NCBI RefSeq assembly: GCF_006345805.1 | Contig: NW_021834658.1 | Span: 1 to 42,777 of the forward strand | Source: Octopus sinensis | Taxonomy: Eukaryota | Direction: 5' to 3' | Length of the DNA stretch: 42,777 nucleotides | Notes under the pieces: model-generated | What the model saw: the letters and a program-made list of their open reading frames with translations, nothing else | Database searches by the model: none | What the model was told of the DNA's origin: nothing | Shown here: in pieces, positions 25,550-38,414 of the stretch | How positions within the stretch are numbered: position 1 is the stretch's first letter | Layout: every line of letters starts with the position of its first letter | Made by a program: the position numbers and the translations under genes

Positions 25550-25659
25550 TTGGTCAGCCCATGAACCTTTCAACCGACTCTCGTATTTATGCCAATGGAT
25601 TTGCTATCACAGTTTACTCTTCTTTATAATTGGTTGTTAGGTGAAAGACGAGAAAACAA

Positions 25660-25996
25660 ACAATGAAATAAAGCGTATTCGAGTATTTTATTACATGGAT
25701 TTAAAATGCCAAAAAGAACTACAGAAACTACTTCATTTTCAGCCAAACTTTTGGGCAGAAAACTGTCAACAAAACCGTCAACAAACCACATTTATTCCAA
25801 AAGTTTTAGCGAGGATACGAGACGTTTGAAGAAAGTGGTGGATGATCTACTACGATTAACAATAATTAATTAAGAGTCATTAGTGAACAGACTCACTCAC
25901 AGCAACTCCAGAAATTACAGAAGTAAACGTTCACTTAATGTTTGATATTTGCATCATTTTGAATCGTAGAAAGCGCTCGACAAATGGGTGCCGCGC
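25660..25996 (+). mobile_element. Highly decayed second mariner (Hsmar1-like) N-terminal fragment
   Basis: IKRIRVFYYMD.. and a terminal LDKWVPR resembling the WVPHEL motif. Confidence 0.55.
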
Positions 25997-25998
25997 AA

Positions 25999-26092
<94 letters not shown>

Positions 26093-26143
26093 GCTAGCTA
26101 GCTAGCTAGCTCTCTATCTAGCTCTCTATCTATCTATCTATCC

Positions 26144-26227
<84 letters not shown>

Positions 26228-26260
26228 CTGTCTGTCTGTCTCTCTCTCTCTCTTTCTATA
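25999..26260. repeat. (ATCT)n tetranucleotide microsatellite
   Basis: Directly visible. Confidence 0.95.
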
Positions 26261-26911
26261 TATATATATATGTGTGTGTATGCATGTATATATATATAAA
26301 ATTATACATACACACATACATATACAAATACATGTACGTGTGTGTGTGTGTGTGTGAACGAATGTTTATACGTGTCTGTGCATGTATATGCGTGTGTGAA
26401 TGTGTATGCGTGCTTCTTCGTTTCATAAATATTTCAATGTTTTTTCCTTGAACTATTTCCTCCGTGCCATAGGTAAATGATTTTTTTTGCTTTTTTAAAG
26501 GTGTGTGCGGGGTGAGAGAGAGATAGAGATAGAGAGACAGACAGAGAAAGAATGTGTATATGTATTAGGGGAAGGGAGAGAAGGAGAGAAAGAAAGCGTG
26601 TGTATGCGAATGTGTGTATGGGCGTTTGTGCATGTAGAGACAGAAAGGAACAGATACAAGGTAAAGTGATCGCGTGTAGGGTGGGGGGAAGGGAGGGGAA
26701 GAGGAAGGGGGATATTGAGGGGTAAAGGGTGGAGGAGAGGGGCAGAGCGAGAGTGGGGAGAGAGAGGGAAAAAGAGAAAAGGAGAGGGGAAAGTTATAAA
26801 GGGAGAGTAAGAGTGAGAGAGAGAGACGAGAGAGAATAAAGAGAGAGATAGAGAGATAGAGAGAGAGAAATTCGTCTTCTTTCCATACTTCGTTTCGCTG
26901 TTTTTCTCTTG

Positions 26912-27285
26912 TTATCTCCGTCCCCGCCTTAGCGAAGGTGGAGGTATTGTTTTCAGTCGCGTTTGTTGTTTGTCCGTGGACCAGATATCTCAAGAACCAC
27001 TGCATAGATTCCAATGAAACTTTCAGGGATGTTTGGCCTCGTGACTGACACGAACTGATTAAATTTTGGGATCGATCGGGTACCGGATAAGGATTTCGGA
27101 TTATTTTTCCTATTTTTTAAAGATTAATTTCTGAGAGCAGTCGGGTTCCCTTTTAGCATTCTCATTTGTGAGAACAGTCGAGTTTATTTCATATATTCTC
27201 ATTTTAATAATCATCTCCGGCCAATCGTGGAGCGGACGTTCGTGTTCCTTTGGAGGAGGTTTGCGCTCTCTGGGTGCTCTTGTTT
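26912..27285 (+). mobile_element. Non-autonomous Helentron-associated element (HINE/DINE-1-like)
   Basis: 5' palindrome CCGCCTT-AGCG-AAGGTGG, GTTT/GTCC run, subterminal inverted match TTGGAGGAGGT, 3' hairpin GCGCTC-TCT-GGGTGC, and T-rich flanks. Confidence 0.7.
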
Positions 27286-27349
27286 ATTTTGTAACTGTTG
27301 CTGTTTGGTTGTTGTTGTTGTTGTTGTTATTATCAGCTTTATTATTATT

Positions 27350-27670
27350 GCGTTCCGAGTTCTAATACCGTCGAGGTCGACTTCGCCTTTAATCCTTTTG
27401 GGGTCGATAAATTAAATACCATTGAAACACTGGGGTCGATATCATCGATTAGTTCCCTTCCACCAAATTTCAGGCCTTATGCCTATAGTAGAAAGGATTA
27501 TTATTATTATTATTATTATTATTATTTTACATGTTTCGGTCACTGGACTACGGCCATGCTGGGGCACCAGCTTCAAGGCTTTAGTCGAGCGAATTGACTC
27601 CAGTATTTATATTCTAAAGTCTGGTACTTATTCGATCAATCTATTTTGCCGAACCAGTGAGTTACAGGGG
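27350..27670. mobile_element. SINE fragments: family A (27350-27500 +) and family B 3' part (27527-27670 -)
   Basis: Shared blocks with the intact copies. Confidence 0.75.
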
Positions 27671-27772
27671 CAAACACAATCACACACACTCATACATGCA
27701 TATATATATATATATACGAGTATATATATATATATTATATACGTGAAAGCGCGTATATATATATATATATAC

Positions 27773-28030
27773 TTAGTGGTTAGGGCATTCGGCTCATGAT
27801 CGTAAGGTCGTGAGTTCAATTCCCGACGACGCGTTGTGTGCTTGAGCAAGACATTTCATTTCACGTTGCTCCAGTCCACTCAGCTGGCAAAAATGAGTTG
27901 TATCTATATTTCGAAGAGTCAGCTTTCTCACATTCTGTGTTACGCCGAATCTCTCTGAGAATTATCTTAGAGTGGTTGAGCACTCCACGGACACGTGTAC
28001 GTTAATTTCACGAGCAATTGACGGAGCGCT
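27773..28030 (+). mobile_element. tRNA-derived SINE family D, internally deleted; related copy at 30335-30650 -
   Basis: TTAGTGGTTAG..GAGTTCAATTCC head, TTGAGCAAGACA..GTTGCTCCAGTCCACTCAGCTGG body; 3' part shared with family C. Confidence 0.75.
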
Positions 28031-28038
28031 CCTTGGGT

Positions 28039-28410
28039 GGAGGCGCAATGGCCCAGTGGTTAGGGCAGCGGACTCGCGGCCGTAGGATCACGGTTTCGAT
28101 TCTCAGACCGGGCGTTGTGAGTGTTTAATGAGCGAAAGCACCCACAAAGTTCCACCAGACAAGGGGTGGTAGCGGACCCTGCTGTACTCTTTCACCACAA
28201 CTTTCTCTCACTCTTTCTTTCTGTTTCTGTTGTACCTGTATCTCAAAGGGCCAGCCTTGTCACACTCCGTATCACGCTGAATTCCCCCGAGAACTACTTT
28301 AACGGTACTCGTGTCTGTGGAGTGCTCAGCCACTTGCACGTTAATTTCAGGAGCAGGCTGTTCCGTTGATCGGATCAACTGGAACCTTCGTCGTCGTAAC
28401 CGACGGAGTG
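28039..28410 (+). mobile_element. Complete tRNA-derived SINE family C
   Basis: A box TGGCCCAGTGG and B-box-like GTTTCGATTC. The body matches 41629-41941 on the minus strand. Confidence 0.9.
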
Positions 28411-29564
28411 TCACGGTGTATACGACGGGCTTCTTTCAGTTTCCGTGTATCAACGCTGCATGTATGGTTCGAACAACCCTGTGCTATAGTATAAGACATC
28501 TGCCCCAGGTCGTACGGTGTAGGACTAAACCCGAAACCATATGGTTAGGAGTTAAGCTTCTTACCTTATATCCACACATGTGCCTGTGTATACTTCTTTC
28601 TTAGAAAATGAGAGTGCGGTGGTTGCTATTTCTAATAGATCAAGCGAGCCCCATGTTGTACATCATGTTGTTGTTGTTATTGTCTCTGTGTAGCCCTAGT
28701 TAAACGAACCAATGATCAAAATTTCTTGCCAACTAAATTTCTTCCACTGATGTCTTACTAAATCACAAAATGTATTCTATTTATTACTTAAAAACAAAAC
28801 TAGGGGTTCAACGGGAGTGATAGATAACAACCTGATTATGTAACCCTACGCTCTTCAGAGATGGCTGTCACGGAATATGGTACACACACACACTCACACA
28901 CACACACACATACACACATACACACACACACACGATAACTCCTATTTTGTATATGCCTGTCACGTGCTATGAACGTTAGTCTTTATCTACCCTCATACAT
29001 TCATGACCCTATCTTTCCTTTCTACTGCCTTTGACTCGTTACAAGCCTTCCACGAATGATCTACTTCACTTTCTCTTCGACAATGGAACTTCTAACTACA
29101 AGAATCCCCTACCAAAGATCTACATCCATTGCAGACGGAACAGTCCGCTACTATATGGAGTGCTTCTCTTCGTCCGCTGAGAAACGCACCATATGCGCAT
29201 CTATTCTGGAAACCGCCGTGAGAGATTATATGCACATCTTTTTACTCCCTTATTTCTGGCATGCACTCTGTTCTAGCAACCCCGTTATAAGGGCGCTGCA
29301 GTTATGCTTGAATATATAAACTCCATGCTCTAAACTGATATCAATTGTTTGCTTGTTCTTTCTTTCATTCTACTGTACATGTATACATGTATATATGTAT
29401 TTATATGTATGTATGTATGTATATATATATATATATAAAGAGATAGAGAGAAAGAGAGAATGTGTAAAATATATTTGCCAACATAAACTGGCAGTCCTGA
29501 TTAGGACGATGTTACTACATTTTTTTTAGCCCCCAGGAAAAATATTCCCCCCCCCTCTCTCTCT

Positions 29565-29704
29565 CTCTTTATGACGAGGCCTATGGTTCTTTTAACATAT
29601 AAGTATTATATTTTTTTAAATGCCTACAACCCTAGTATGTTGACAAGTATAGGCAATGGAAATTAGTTTCACCTTTGACCATAGGCTGAAACAGCTGTAA
29701 GAAG
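29565..29704 (+). ncRNA. Hammerhead-like motif with a long helix II insertion and one core mutation
   Basis: ATGACGA 29571-29577, a 10-bp stem GGCCTATGGT(29578-87)/ACCATAGGCT(29678-87), then GAAA-CAGCTG-TA-AGAAG with palindromic ACAGCTGT. Confidence 0.6.
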
Positions 29705-29787
29705 TAATTTCTGGATTTCAATAATTCATAATATGACTTTTAAAATCTGTATTTGTATTATTATCTTAACTATTGATTTATATAATA

Positions 29788-30177
29788 CTAGCAGTATCGC
29801 CCGGCGGTGCCCGGGTTTGTAAGGGAAATAACTATATAAGCATTTTTAGAAAGTTATAGCCAAAAAATAGCAAAAAAATGCATTAAAAATGGAAAAAAAA
29901 TGATGGTAAATTTTTTTTAAATCGTTGACTCATCGTAGACATGACATTTTTAGAGAGTTACATCCCTTAGCGAAAAAAATGCATTAAAATGGAAAAAATG
30001 ATGGTAAATTATTTTTTAAATCGTAGACTCATCGTAGACGCGCGCTAATACCCAGAAGGGCTCGATATGAATCACGACTATAAGATACCCGGTTTTGGTT
30101 ACACTGCACTGCAAAATGTGGGAGTAGTTAGGAATCCAAATCGTAGGAGACAGACACACAACTTTTTTGTAGAGAGA
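29788..30177 (-). mobile_element. Non-autonomous Helitron (~390 bp)
   Basis: Minus strand begins A|TC and ends CCCGGGCACCGCCGGG hairpin ..ATACTGCTAG|T, with no TSD. Contains an internal ~100-bp tandem duplication. Confidence 0.85.
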
Positions 30178-30334
30178 TGAAAGAGAGAGGGAGAAGTGTG
30201 ATATGCTCTATAAAACGTTGTTGTAGCTATGAAGAAAACATGTTCTGATGGACATCACAACGTGAAAACACGTGTTTGATTGTCCCAGAAGGCAAAAGCA
30301 ATTTTTCATTCACTACTTCTGTATAACTGGCAGT

Positions 30335-30650
30335 TCATCGTTTAAGACAACGAGGGTTCCAGTTGATCTGATCAACGGAACAGCCTGCTCGTGTAATTAA
30401 CGTACCAGTGGTTGAGTACTCCAGAGGCTTGCGTACTCTTAGCGTAGTTCTCAGAGAGATTCAGCGTGACACAGAATGTGACAAGGCTGGCTCTTTGAAC
30501 TACAGATGCGACTCATTTCTGCCTGCTGTGTGAACTGGAGCAACGTTAAATCAAGTATTTTCCTCTAGGACACAACAACGCGCCGCCGAGATTCGAACTC
30601 ACGATTTTACCATCGTGAGTCCAATACCTCTAACCACTAAGCCACGTGCC
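30335..30650 (-). mobile_element. SINE family D copy
   Basis: Minus-strand head GGCACGTGGCTTAGTGGTTAG..GAGTTCGAATC; 3' part shared with family C. Confidence 0.8.
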
Positions 30651-30663
30651 TTCAATCTGTATA

Positions 30664-30894
30664 TATTTCTTTACTACCCACAAGGGGCTAAACACAGAGG
30701 GGACAAACAAGAACAGACAAAGGTATTAAGTCGATTATATCGACCCCAGTGCGTAACTGGTACTTAATTTATCGACCCCGAAAGGATGAAAGGCAAAGTC
30801 GACCTCGGCGGAATTTGAACTCACGACATAACGACAGACGAAATACGGCTACGCATTTCGCCCGGCGTGCTAACGTTTCTGCCAGCTCGCCGCC
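30664..30894 (-). mobile_element. Complete young family A SINE with a 13-bp target-site duplication
   Basis: TTCAATCTGTATA occurs at 30651-30663 and 30895-30907. Confidence 0.92.
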
Positions 30895-31665
30895 TTCAAT
30901 CTGTATAGATATGCGACATTGCCTTTCCTGAACACTATATGGAATCGGGGTGGGTGGAGTGGCAGAGAAGGGGAAAATCCTAGACCACGTGATGCTGTGC
31001 TTTGCTATCATATTCTTATTGTATTGTTAGTGTTCTTATGGTTGAGTCGAGTTTTTATGTTGTTGCGTTGTGGTGCACCTTCTTTTATGTTGTGTTTTGA
31101 ATTTGTTGTGATGTTGTTTTGTATTGTGTATGTAGTGTTGTTTTTGTTAACATTTTTCGGATGTATTGTATCATGTTTTAATGTTGCTTTATTGTCAGAT
31201 TGTCGTTGTACTTATGTGCCCCGTTGTGTTTTGTTGTATTGTTGTTGTAATTGTTGTTGATGCTGTTGTTGTTGTTGTTGCTCTGGCTGTTAATGCTGCT
31301 AATGCTGCTGCTGCTATTTTTGTTGTTGTTGCTGTTGCGAGTTAATTTGTCCATTTTGAAAACTGTAGGAACTGTGACATTTGCAATGTCCATTTGAATG
31401 TTTTCACCAGGATTTCCTTATCCATTGTTTTTACTTTGCATAAAATGAGAGCAAGAGTGGGAGGGTAAGAGAGAGGTGAAGGAGAAGGAGATAAAAAGAG
31501 AGAGAGAAAGAGAGATTGAGAGATGAGGCGGTAGGAGGTGATAATGGCAGTTGGAAAGAAATGGGGAAGAGAACCAGAGTGGGGAAAGAGATAGATGGCG
31601 CACGGGAAAGAGATAAAGTGTGAAAGGAGAGAAGGAGAGCGTGTGCAAGAAGGTTAGGGTAAGAG

Positions 31666-31709
<44 letters not shown>

Positions 31710-33174
31710 AGAAAGATATAAATCCGATAATGACAGTAAGCGAGAGTATGAGAGAGAGAGAGAGACTGAGAGAGAGAGAGAGACTGAGAGAGAGAGAGAG
31801 AGACTGAGAGAGAGAGAGAGACTGAGAGAGAGAGAGAGAGGTGTAGAGAGAAAGACAAAGAAAGAGAGAGAAGGAGATAAATGTTGAAATTGAGGGAGTG
31901 ATAAAGACAGATAGAGCTGGCAAAAGATATCTGGAAGCCGTGACTGTGTATGTGTGACCGTGTGTGTATGGATGTGTGTGCATGTGCATGTGTACGTGTG
32001 AATGTATGCATGTATGTGCATGTGCATGTGTGCATGTGTGTGCACGCATGCGTGCGTGTGTAAGTGAATAGAATGGTGAAAATGAATGTTGACCAGCAAA
32101 CCTGGTCTTGCCACAGCCGTACAATGGTCCAGTTGACATTTGCGCCATATTGTAGCATGTATATATCTTAATAAAGAACTGTTTACCTCTTAACACATCA
32201 CTTGAGAAAGAGTCTCCTTATCTGGTCAACCAGCCGGCTGGAAATAACAGCCAAGACAACTCTAAAATACCAACAAACCGTCTAACCAGGAAATACATTA
32301 CAGCAAGTGACGCTACCATTTTGGTGGTGAGGTCTTTAACGGAACGTCTGCTGGATCAAGGTTTCATCTACGGTTAAACAATAACACTAACAACAATATT
32401 ACTTTATGTATGTATTGTATGTTTACGTATGTACATCTACGTTTCACTCTTGCCGCTGCTGCTACTGCTGCTGCTGCTGCTCTTGTCATTGTTGTTGATG
32501 TTGTTTCGGTAGTAATGATAATGGTAGTGGTGGTGGTGGTGGTGGTGGTGAAGGAGGAGACAGAGGAGGAGTGGATGAATTTTTTTTTTTGGCGTTCTTG
32601 TTTTGTTGTCTGGTTTTGTGATTCATTTCTGAATCTCACAATTGTCATTTTTCTATCAACCACCATTTCGCAATTCTCCCCGCCGCCCGTATGCCCTCTT
32701 CCTCCTCGTCCTCCTCCTTCTCCTCGTCCTCCTCCTCGTCCTCCTCCTCCTCCTCCTCCTCTTCCTCGTCATCATCATCATCACCAACACCACCACAATC
32801 ACAATCATAGTAACCACTATCACTGTAAACATCATCACAATCAACATCACAACCACCACCATCATCATCATCATCATCATCACAATCATCATCATCATCA
32901 CACCGCTCTTACAATAAGAAAAGTTGCTTTCAGTTATTGATTTCTGCAGACCAAATAGCTTCAACACATATACATAAACAAACACACATACAGACACACT
33001 TACACAGACACACTTTCAAAGGTACGTACACAAGCAGACATATATATATACAAATACACATATACATACATACATTCGTCAAAAGATACATAACGTACAT
33101 AAACACGCGCACAGATACGTATACGCACTCATACACATGCGTATAAATGTACACAGACATATTGATAAATAGAA

Positions 33175-33219
<45 letters not shown>

Positions 33220-33287
33220 TAGATAGATGATAGATAGATACACAGCCGGGCCAACGGATCTCTCTCTTTCTCTCTCCTCCTCTCTGG

Positions 33288-33336
<49 letters not shown>

Positions 33337-33413
33337 TATATACATACATATATATACATATATATATATACATATATATATATATGTATGTATTATATAT
33401 AATATATATATAT

Positions 33414-33487
<74 letters not shown>

Positions 33488-33825
33488 GTGTGTGTGTGTG
33501 TATATATATATATATGTACATACATACGCATATGCACAATTACATATAGAAATGTGTTTATGCGAATGTATGTATAGCCCTACAAGCACGCTTGAATTTA
33601 AAACGCAAAGAAAAAATTATCATATAATAGATGCTATTCATATATATTCGCGCAACATATCACTGTACAGGTATAGATAAATAGATATACATAAACACAT
33701 TACATATATTTACATACATATACATTTGAATATATATATATATATATATAAACATTGATATATGTGTGTGTTTGTGTGTGTATTTATGTATACATACATT
33801 CATACACACACACACACACACACAC

Positions 33826-33863
<38 letters not shown>

Positions 33864-34091
33864 TATAATATATATAATACGCGCGCGTACATACTAACAC
33901 ACGTACTGAAGCATGTATGCATATAGATAGATATAGGTTATAGGTGCAGGTTAAGATTAAAATGATAATGGAAATATTTTTTCAATAACGAATGCTTTAC
34001 TAAGGTGTCAAAATATTTCCCCAATATCGTGGAAATAATTTTCTTGTTCTTTTTTTTCAATTAATTTCCAAATTTCTTTACGTTTTTCGTA

Positions 34092-34123
<32 letters not shown>

Positions 34124-34203
34124 CACGACGACGACCACCACGACCACCACCACCACCACCATCATCATAATCATCATCATCATCATTATTATTATTATTA
34201 TTA

Positions 34204-34243
<40 letters not shown>

Positions 34244-34740
34244 TGTATTGTATAATGATACATTTCTTTTTACTTGCTGTGCACTTTAAAGCAAACATAA
34301 ACAAAATAAAAACTTTAGCTCACTTTGTTCATTATGTAAAAAGAAAAAAGTAAGTTATTAAATGTATTTATATATTTTAGCCTCTAAATATAAATATTTT
34401 TAAAGGACAGAATATCATTAAGTACATAAATCTTTATTTAATAAATGTGGCATAATTATGAAGATTTTCGAATTTCATTTAGTATTTTTCACAAATTTTT
34501 AAAAATTATACTTATAAACTTTTCGAGGCGCACCTAGCTACAGTGTGCTATAGAAAACTATTTGTATTTGCTAACCATTACTGCAGAAAATAGAATATTG
34601 GTTAAAATTTAATTTTCCGGTGATATTTTCTTATTCATTTAGCTTTGAGAAGTACACAGCAATTCAGGAAGGCATCCATGCAACTGGCGCGTCTTAGAAA
34701 TTAGTAAAATCTTGACAGAAATTACTTTCTCTTCCGTAAG

Positions 34741-34842
34741 TTCCTCACTATGCCTCGCTATGCTTCGCTATATTTCGCTATGCCTCGCTATATTTCGCTA
34801 TGCCTCGCTATACCTCGCTATGCCTCGTTATGCCTCATTATG
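34741..34842. repeat. 10-bp minisatellite (TGCCTCGCTA), about 10 copies
   Basis: Directly visible with variant units. Confidence 0.9.
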
Positions 34843-34979
34843 TTCCATCCCACAAATCTGTAGCAGAAACAACACTGAGAAACACTGCAGCGATGCAATG
34901 TGAAGTTCGTTGGAATAACATTATTTTGATGTGGTGTGAAAGAAGGAAAGTTGTAAATATAGTCGAAAATTTAACCGTA

Positions 34980-35450
34980 AACCTCCTCGAGGAATGTAAA
35001 GACGCAGGCTGGAAAGTGGAACATTTTCCAATCGAAGTCGGATGTAGAGGGTTCGTTGGACACAGTGTGAGACGACTGTTGTTATCGTTAGGCCTAACTC
35101 ATCGTAAAGTCAATACCACCATGACCGATATCCAATCTACAGTGGAGAAAGCTAGCCACTGGATTTGGTTAAAAAGAGACGATGAGCGATGGCTAGAAAG
35201 ATATTGAGCTTAATTTGATAACCAGCTGATCTAGCTTCATATCAGTGAGGGGGGCCGGTGCGCATTGATGCCGTCGAGAGGTAGGCCCAGAAACGGCGCG
35301 CATTCTCTCCTGATGACCCCATACACTTGCTGACTTCCGGTATACGGAGCTTTTGGTTGGTAGCACTTGCATGTGCAAGTTGTTTGCAAGACATCTGCGA
35401 TATGTGTCCCTTGTGGTACATATTGCAGGAGATAAACAGGGACTTGTGTA
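34980..35450 (+). mobile_element. 5'-truncated HERO-like (RLE-type) non-LTR retrotransposon 3' end; coding to stop at 35207, then 3' UTR
   Basis: LLEECKDAGWKVEHFPIEVGCRGFVGHSVRRLLLSLG..VEKASHWIWLKR. The P.EVGCRGF and AS.W.W.KR motifs are typical of HERO C-termini. The 3' boundary is approximate. Confidence 0.85.
35242..35333 (+). ncRNA. Candidate rearranged hammerhead ribozyme in the HERO-like 3' UTR
   Basis: GUC 35273-35275, GAAA 35290-35293, CTGATGA 35310-35316. Pairings: 35242-49/35326-33, 35252-56/35284-88, 35257-63/35298-304, 35270-74/35293-97, 35276-80/35305-09. Confidence 0.7.
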
Positions 35451-35773
35451 AAACCCGGGTACTTGACATGAACTTTAATTTATTGACTGCAGAAGGATGA
35501 CGGTCAAAGTCGATATCGACGAAGTTTGGACTCAGAATCATTTAAAAATGATGTGTCACCTCACATTCTAACAATAATGACCGTCATGTTAATGATCTCT
35601 TCGTGTAAGGGAGAGTGTGTAATGCAAATTACAATCCTGTCAGGAGGTACTGAGACAAAATCGTTCTAAAGAGAAATTAAAACAGGCACAGATCGCAAAG
35701 TATACAAGGGTATGTCACGATATGCTGCAATGGACGTGCAGCATACTGAAAGTCAATCAGAGAACTCCAATTA

Positions 35774-36244
35774 CACTTTGTAACAAAGCTTTTATTTTTT
35801 CTTTAGTTGTTATTTTTTATTTGCTTCTATCAAGAAGTCAAACAGAATGGCAACTAATCCCTTCAAACTTTGCTTTTGTAATCTGTTTTGTAATCTGTTT
35901 TAAAACTGACCTATTTTTCTATACATTTCGAACAGTTTCAGCGCTAAGATGCTGAAGTAAAGTTTTTTAAGATCTTTCTAGAAGTTTCAGGAACTTTCGA
36001 GAAGTTTTTAATGGTTTTAAAAATTTCTAAAACGTTCTGTCACTATAAATACGATCTCTGTATTTATACTACCAACTGCAGTATAAATACAAGTGTCGTA
36101 AGCTCAAAAGTTCTGTTTAATTCTAGATTTAAATAGAACTGTTGGACAAAAGCCAACTTTGAAGGACGTATTCGCCATTTTTCAATTGTAAGCAAATAGG
36201 AAATAACAGTTGTTACCCGAGGGCAAAAGTCGTGTCGCACAGTG
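35774..36244. mobile_element. TA-flanked MITE with ~100-bp degenerate TIRs; solo arm at ~17715-17830
   Basis: TA|CACTTTG..TGTTATTTTTTATTTGCTT..ATGGC..CCTTCAAACTTTGCTTTTGT matches the reverse complement of the right end ..CACAGTG|TA. Confidence 0.7.
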
Positions 36245-36889
36245 TAATCAATGATTATCTCCTCCTGCCATGAGATGCACACTTTTTGTACTCATTTGGA
36301 TTATTTTCACCATTCTTACTGTCCTTACAGCACTGAAGGATGTAACTTTCCTCTCTACCCTCACTTACCTCATCGCCCTCACAGCCCACACTTCTCTCAC
36401 CAACTGGAAACTGAAAACCATAAGAGTTTCACCAAATAAACATATGTCTGTCCCCAGTTTTTTCAATCTCGTTCACCTTTCAATCTCGTTCACAAGCGCC
36501 GTCAGCCTGAAGGAACAATGCTGCCGGTCTTTCCTGGCAGTAATTTTTAACACATGCAGAATACCTCAGATTTGAGGAAGGTTATAATTTTACAATCGAT
36601 TATATCTATCCTTCAAGAACCTGATCGGTACGTTATATTATCGACCTAGGAAAGATGAAAGGGCAAGTTAACCCCAGGATTTGAACATCACTTGAAGTTG
36701 TGATTGAAATAAAAAATCACAATAATTTTTCTTTTTTCTGTTTGCCATCAGAGTTCATTCTCATATAGGAAAAACGTAAATACTAAGTTGTTACATAGAA
36801 ACATCGAACACGAGACAAAAAAAATGGGTGAATAAAGCAAAGTTAATTACTTCAATGCAGAGAAATATCATCTGTTATCGTTTACCTTT

Positions 36890-37285
36890 TGTTTCAATAA
36901 TTGAACTACGGCCATACTGGGGCACTACCTCGTAAGAGCTTACTTCAACAGATCAAGCCCAGTACTTATTTTTAACTCTAGTACTTATTATATCGCTTTG
37001 TTTTGCCGAACCGCTACGGAGACATAAACGGACCAACACCGGTTGTTAAGCGCTGGTGAGGGAATAACGCAACACAAACACAAAGACACACATACACACA
37101 CTCCTTACACACACCATACACACACACACCACACACACCTTTTACATAGCTATTCAACAGGCTTCTACACAGTTTCCATCTACCAAATCCATTCACAAGG
37201 CTTTGGTCTGCTCGAGACTATTATAGAAGACGTTGTCCAAGGAGCCATGTAGGGCGACTGAGACTGGAACCGTGTAGATGGGAGG
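36890..37285 (-). mobile_element. Diverged SINE family B copy
   Basis: Shared blocks TTTTGCCGAACCGCTA and CCAAATCCA.TCACAAGGCTTTGG. Confidence 0.75.
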
Positions 37286-37558
37286 GAGATGTATGTTAAA
37301 TCGAAAAGACGGAACTAATATCCGAAATCCGAAACTGAGACAAAATTTCTTCCTTTAAAATAACAACACAGGAACAGAAATCGTTTGGTATTACGAACAT
37401 AAGTAATTAGAAACAGGAAGGAGTTTACAAAACGCCATTTGGTAGCACTGGACACGAATTATAATTCTGCTACCATTTAAAATAATTCTTATTGCTATCT
37501 GACGATTGTCACTCCGGGTATAAATTCCAAGTAATGGGAAAGCAGACAAATTTAAGAA

Positions 37559-37601
<43 letters not shown>

Positions 37602-37947
37602 TGTGCGCGTACGTATGTATAAGTGTGAATGTAATTAGGCAAGATGTAGGGGCATGAAGTGTAGAATGAGCTGTAAGCGATGCGCGAGTGAAGAGGGAGA
37701 GAGAGGGAGAGAGGGAGAGAGTGAGGTGCATAAGCAAACAGTTTAAACTTACTCGTTGAACGCGGGTGATAATTGCACAAAGGAGACAAGCTTCGGATCG
37801 AAAATACAGACACACGCACACATACACATATACAAACAACACACGCACAAACAAGCACACGCACACACACACACACACACACAAGCACACATACACAATA
37901 ACACAATATACGTATATATATATCTATATATATATATATATATATAG

Positions 37948-37978
<31 letters not shown>

Positions 37979-38028
37979 TATATACATATGTATATACATA
38001 TATACATACATATATATACATATATATA

Positions 38029-38084
<56 letters not shown>

Positions 38085-38185
38085 TACATATATATTATAC
38101 ACATATACATATATTTATATATATATATATTTATGTACATACATAAGTATGTATTTATATGTATATAATTATGTACGTACATAAG

Positions 38186-38220
<35 letters not shown>

Positions 38221-38383
38221 GCATATATATGTATATATATGTATATACGTAAGTGTACATACACACACATACACCCAGCCGTACACGTATACATTCACAC
38301 TCAGAGTCTTTCACACAGATACATATAGCGAAAGTTACACAGTGATATAAACAGGGCTGTCTATATTTATACACATACATACA

Positions 38384-38414
<31 letters not shown>

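Larger units (their letters stand above)
23831..25583 (+). mobile_element. Full-length dead mariner DNA transposon with a nested SINE dimer
   Basis: Left end TA|CGGGGATGAACTGAAAAGTTCATAGGCTGAC and right end GTCAGCCCATGAACCTTTCAACCGACTCTCG|TA form imperfect TIRs with TA target duplication. Length is about 1.3 kb after removing insertions. Confidence 0.9.

Noticed and set aside
28039-28112. Possible tRNA gene (also 8324-8397 and 27773-27830)
   Set aside because: The cloverleaf is imperfect and runs into a repeated SINE body, so these are SINE heads.
31418-33680. ORFs of 150-246 aa, including the Pro/His-rich 32410..32940
   Set aside because: They are made of (AG)n, (CCT)n, (CAT)n and (AT)n microsatellites, with no domain signature or splice evidence.
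36238-36244. CACAGTG heptamer suggesting an RSS or Transib end
   Set aside because: It is the end of a TA-flanked MITE; no nonamer or 5-bp TSD is evident.
36270-36575. 101-aa ORF or possible CR1/L2 3' remnant (similarly 29056-29319)
   Set aside because: No motif I can support; needs a translated search.
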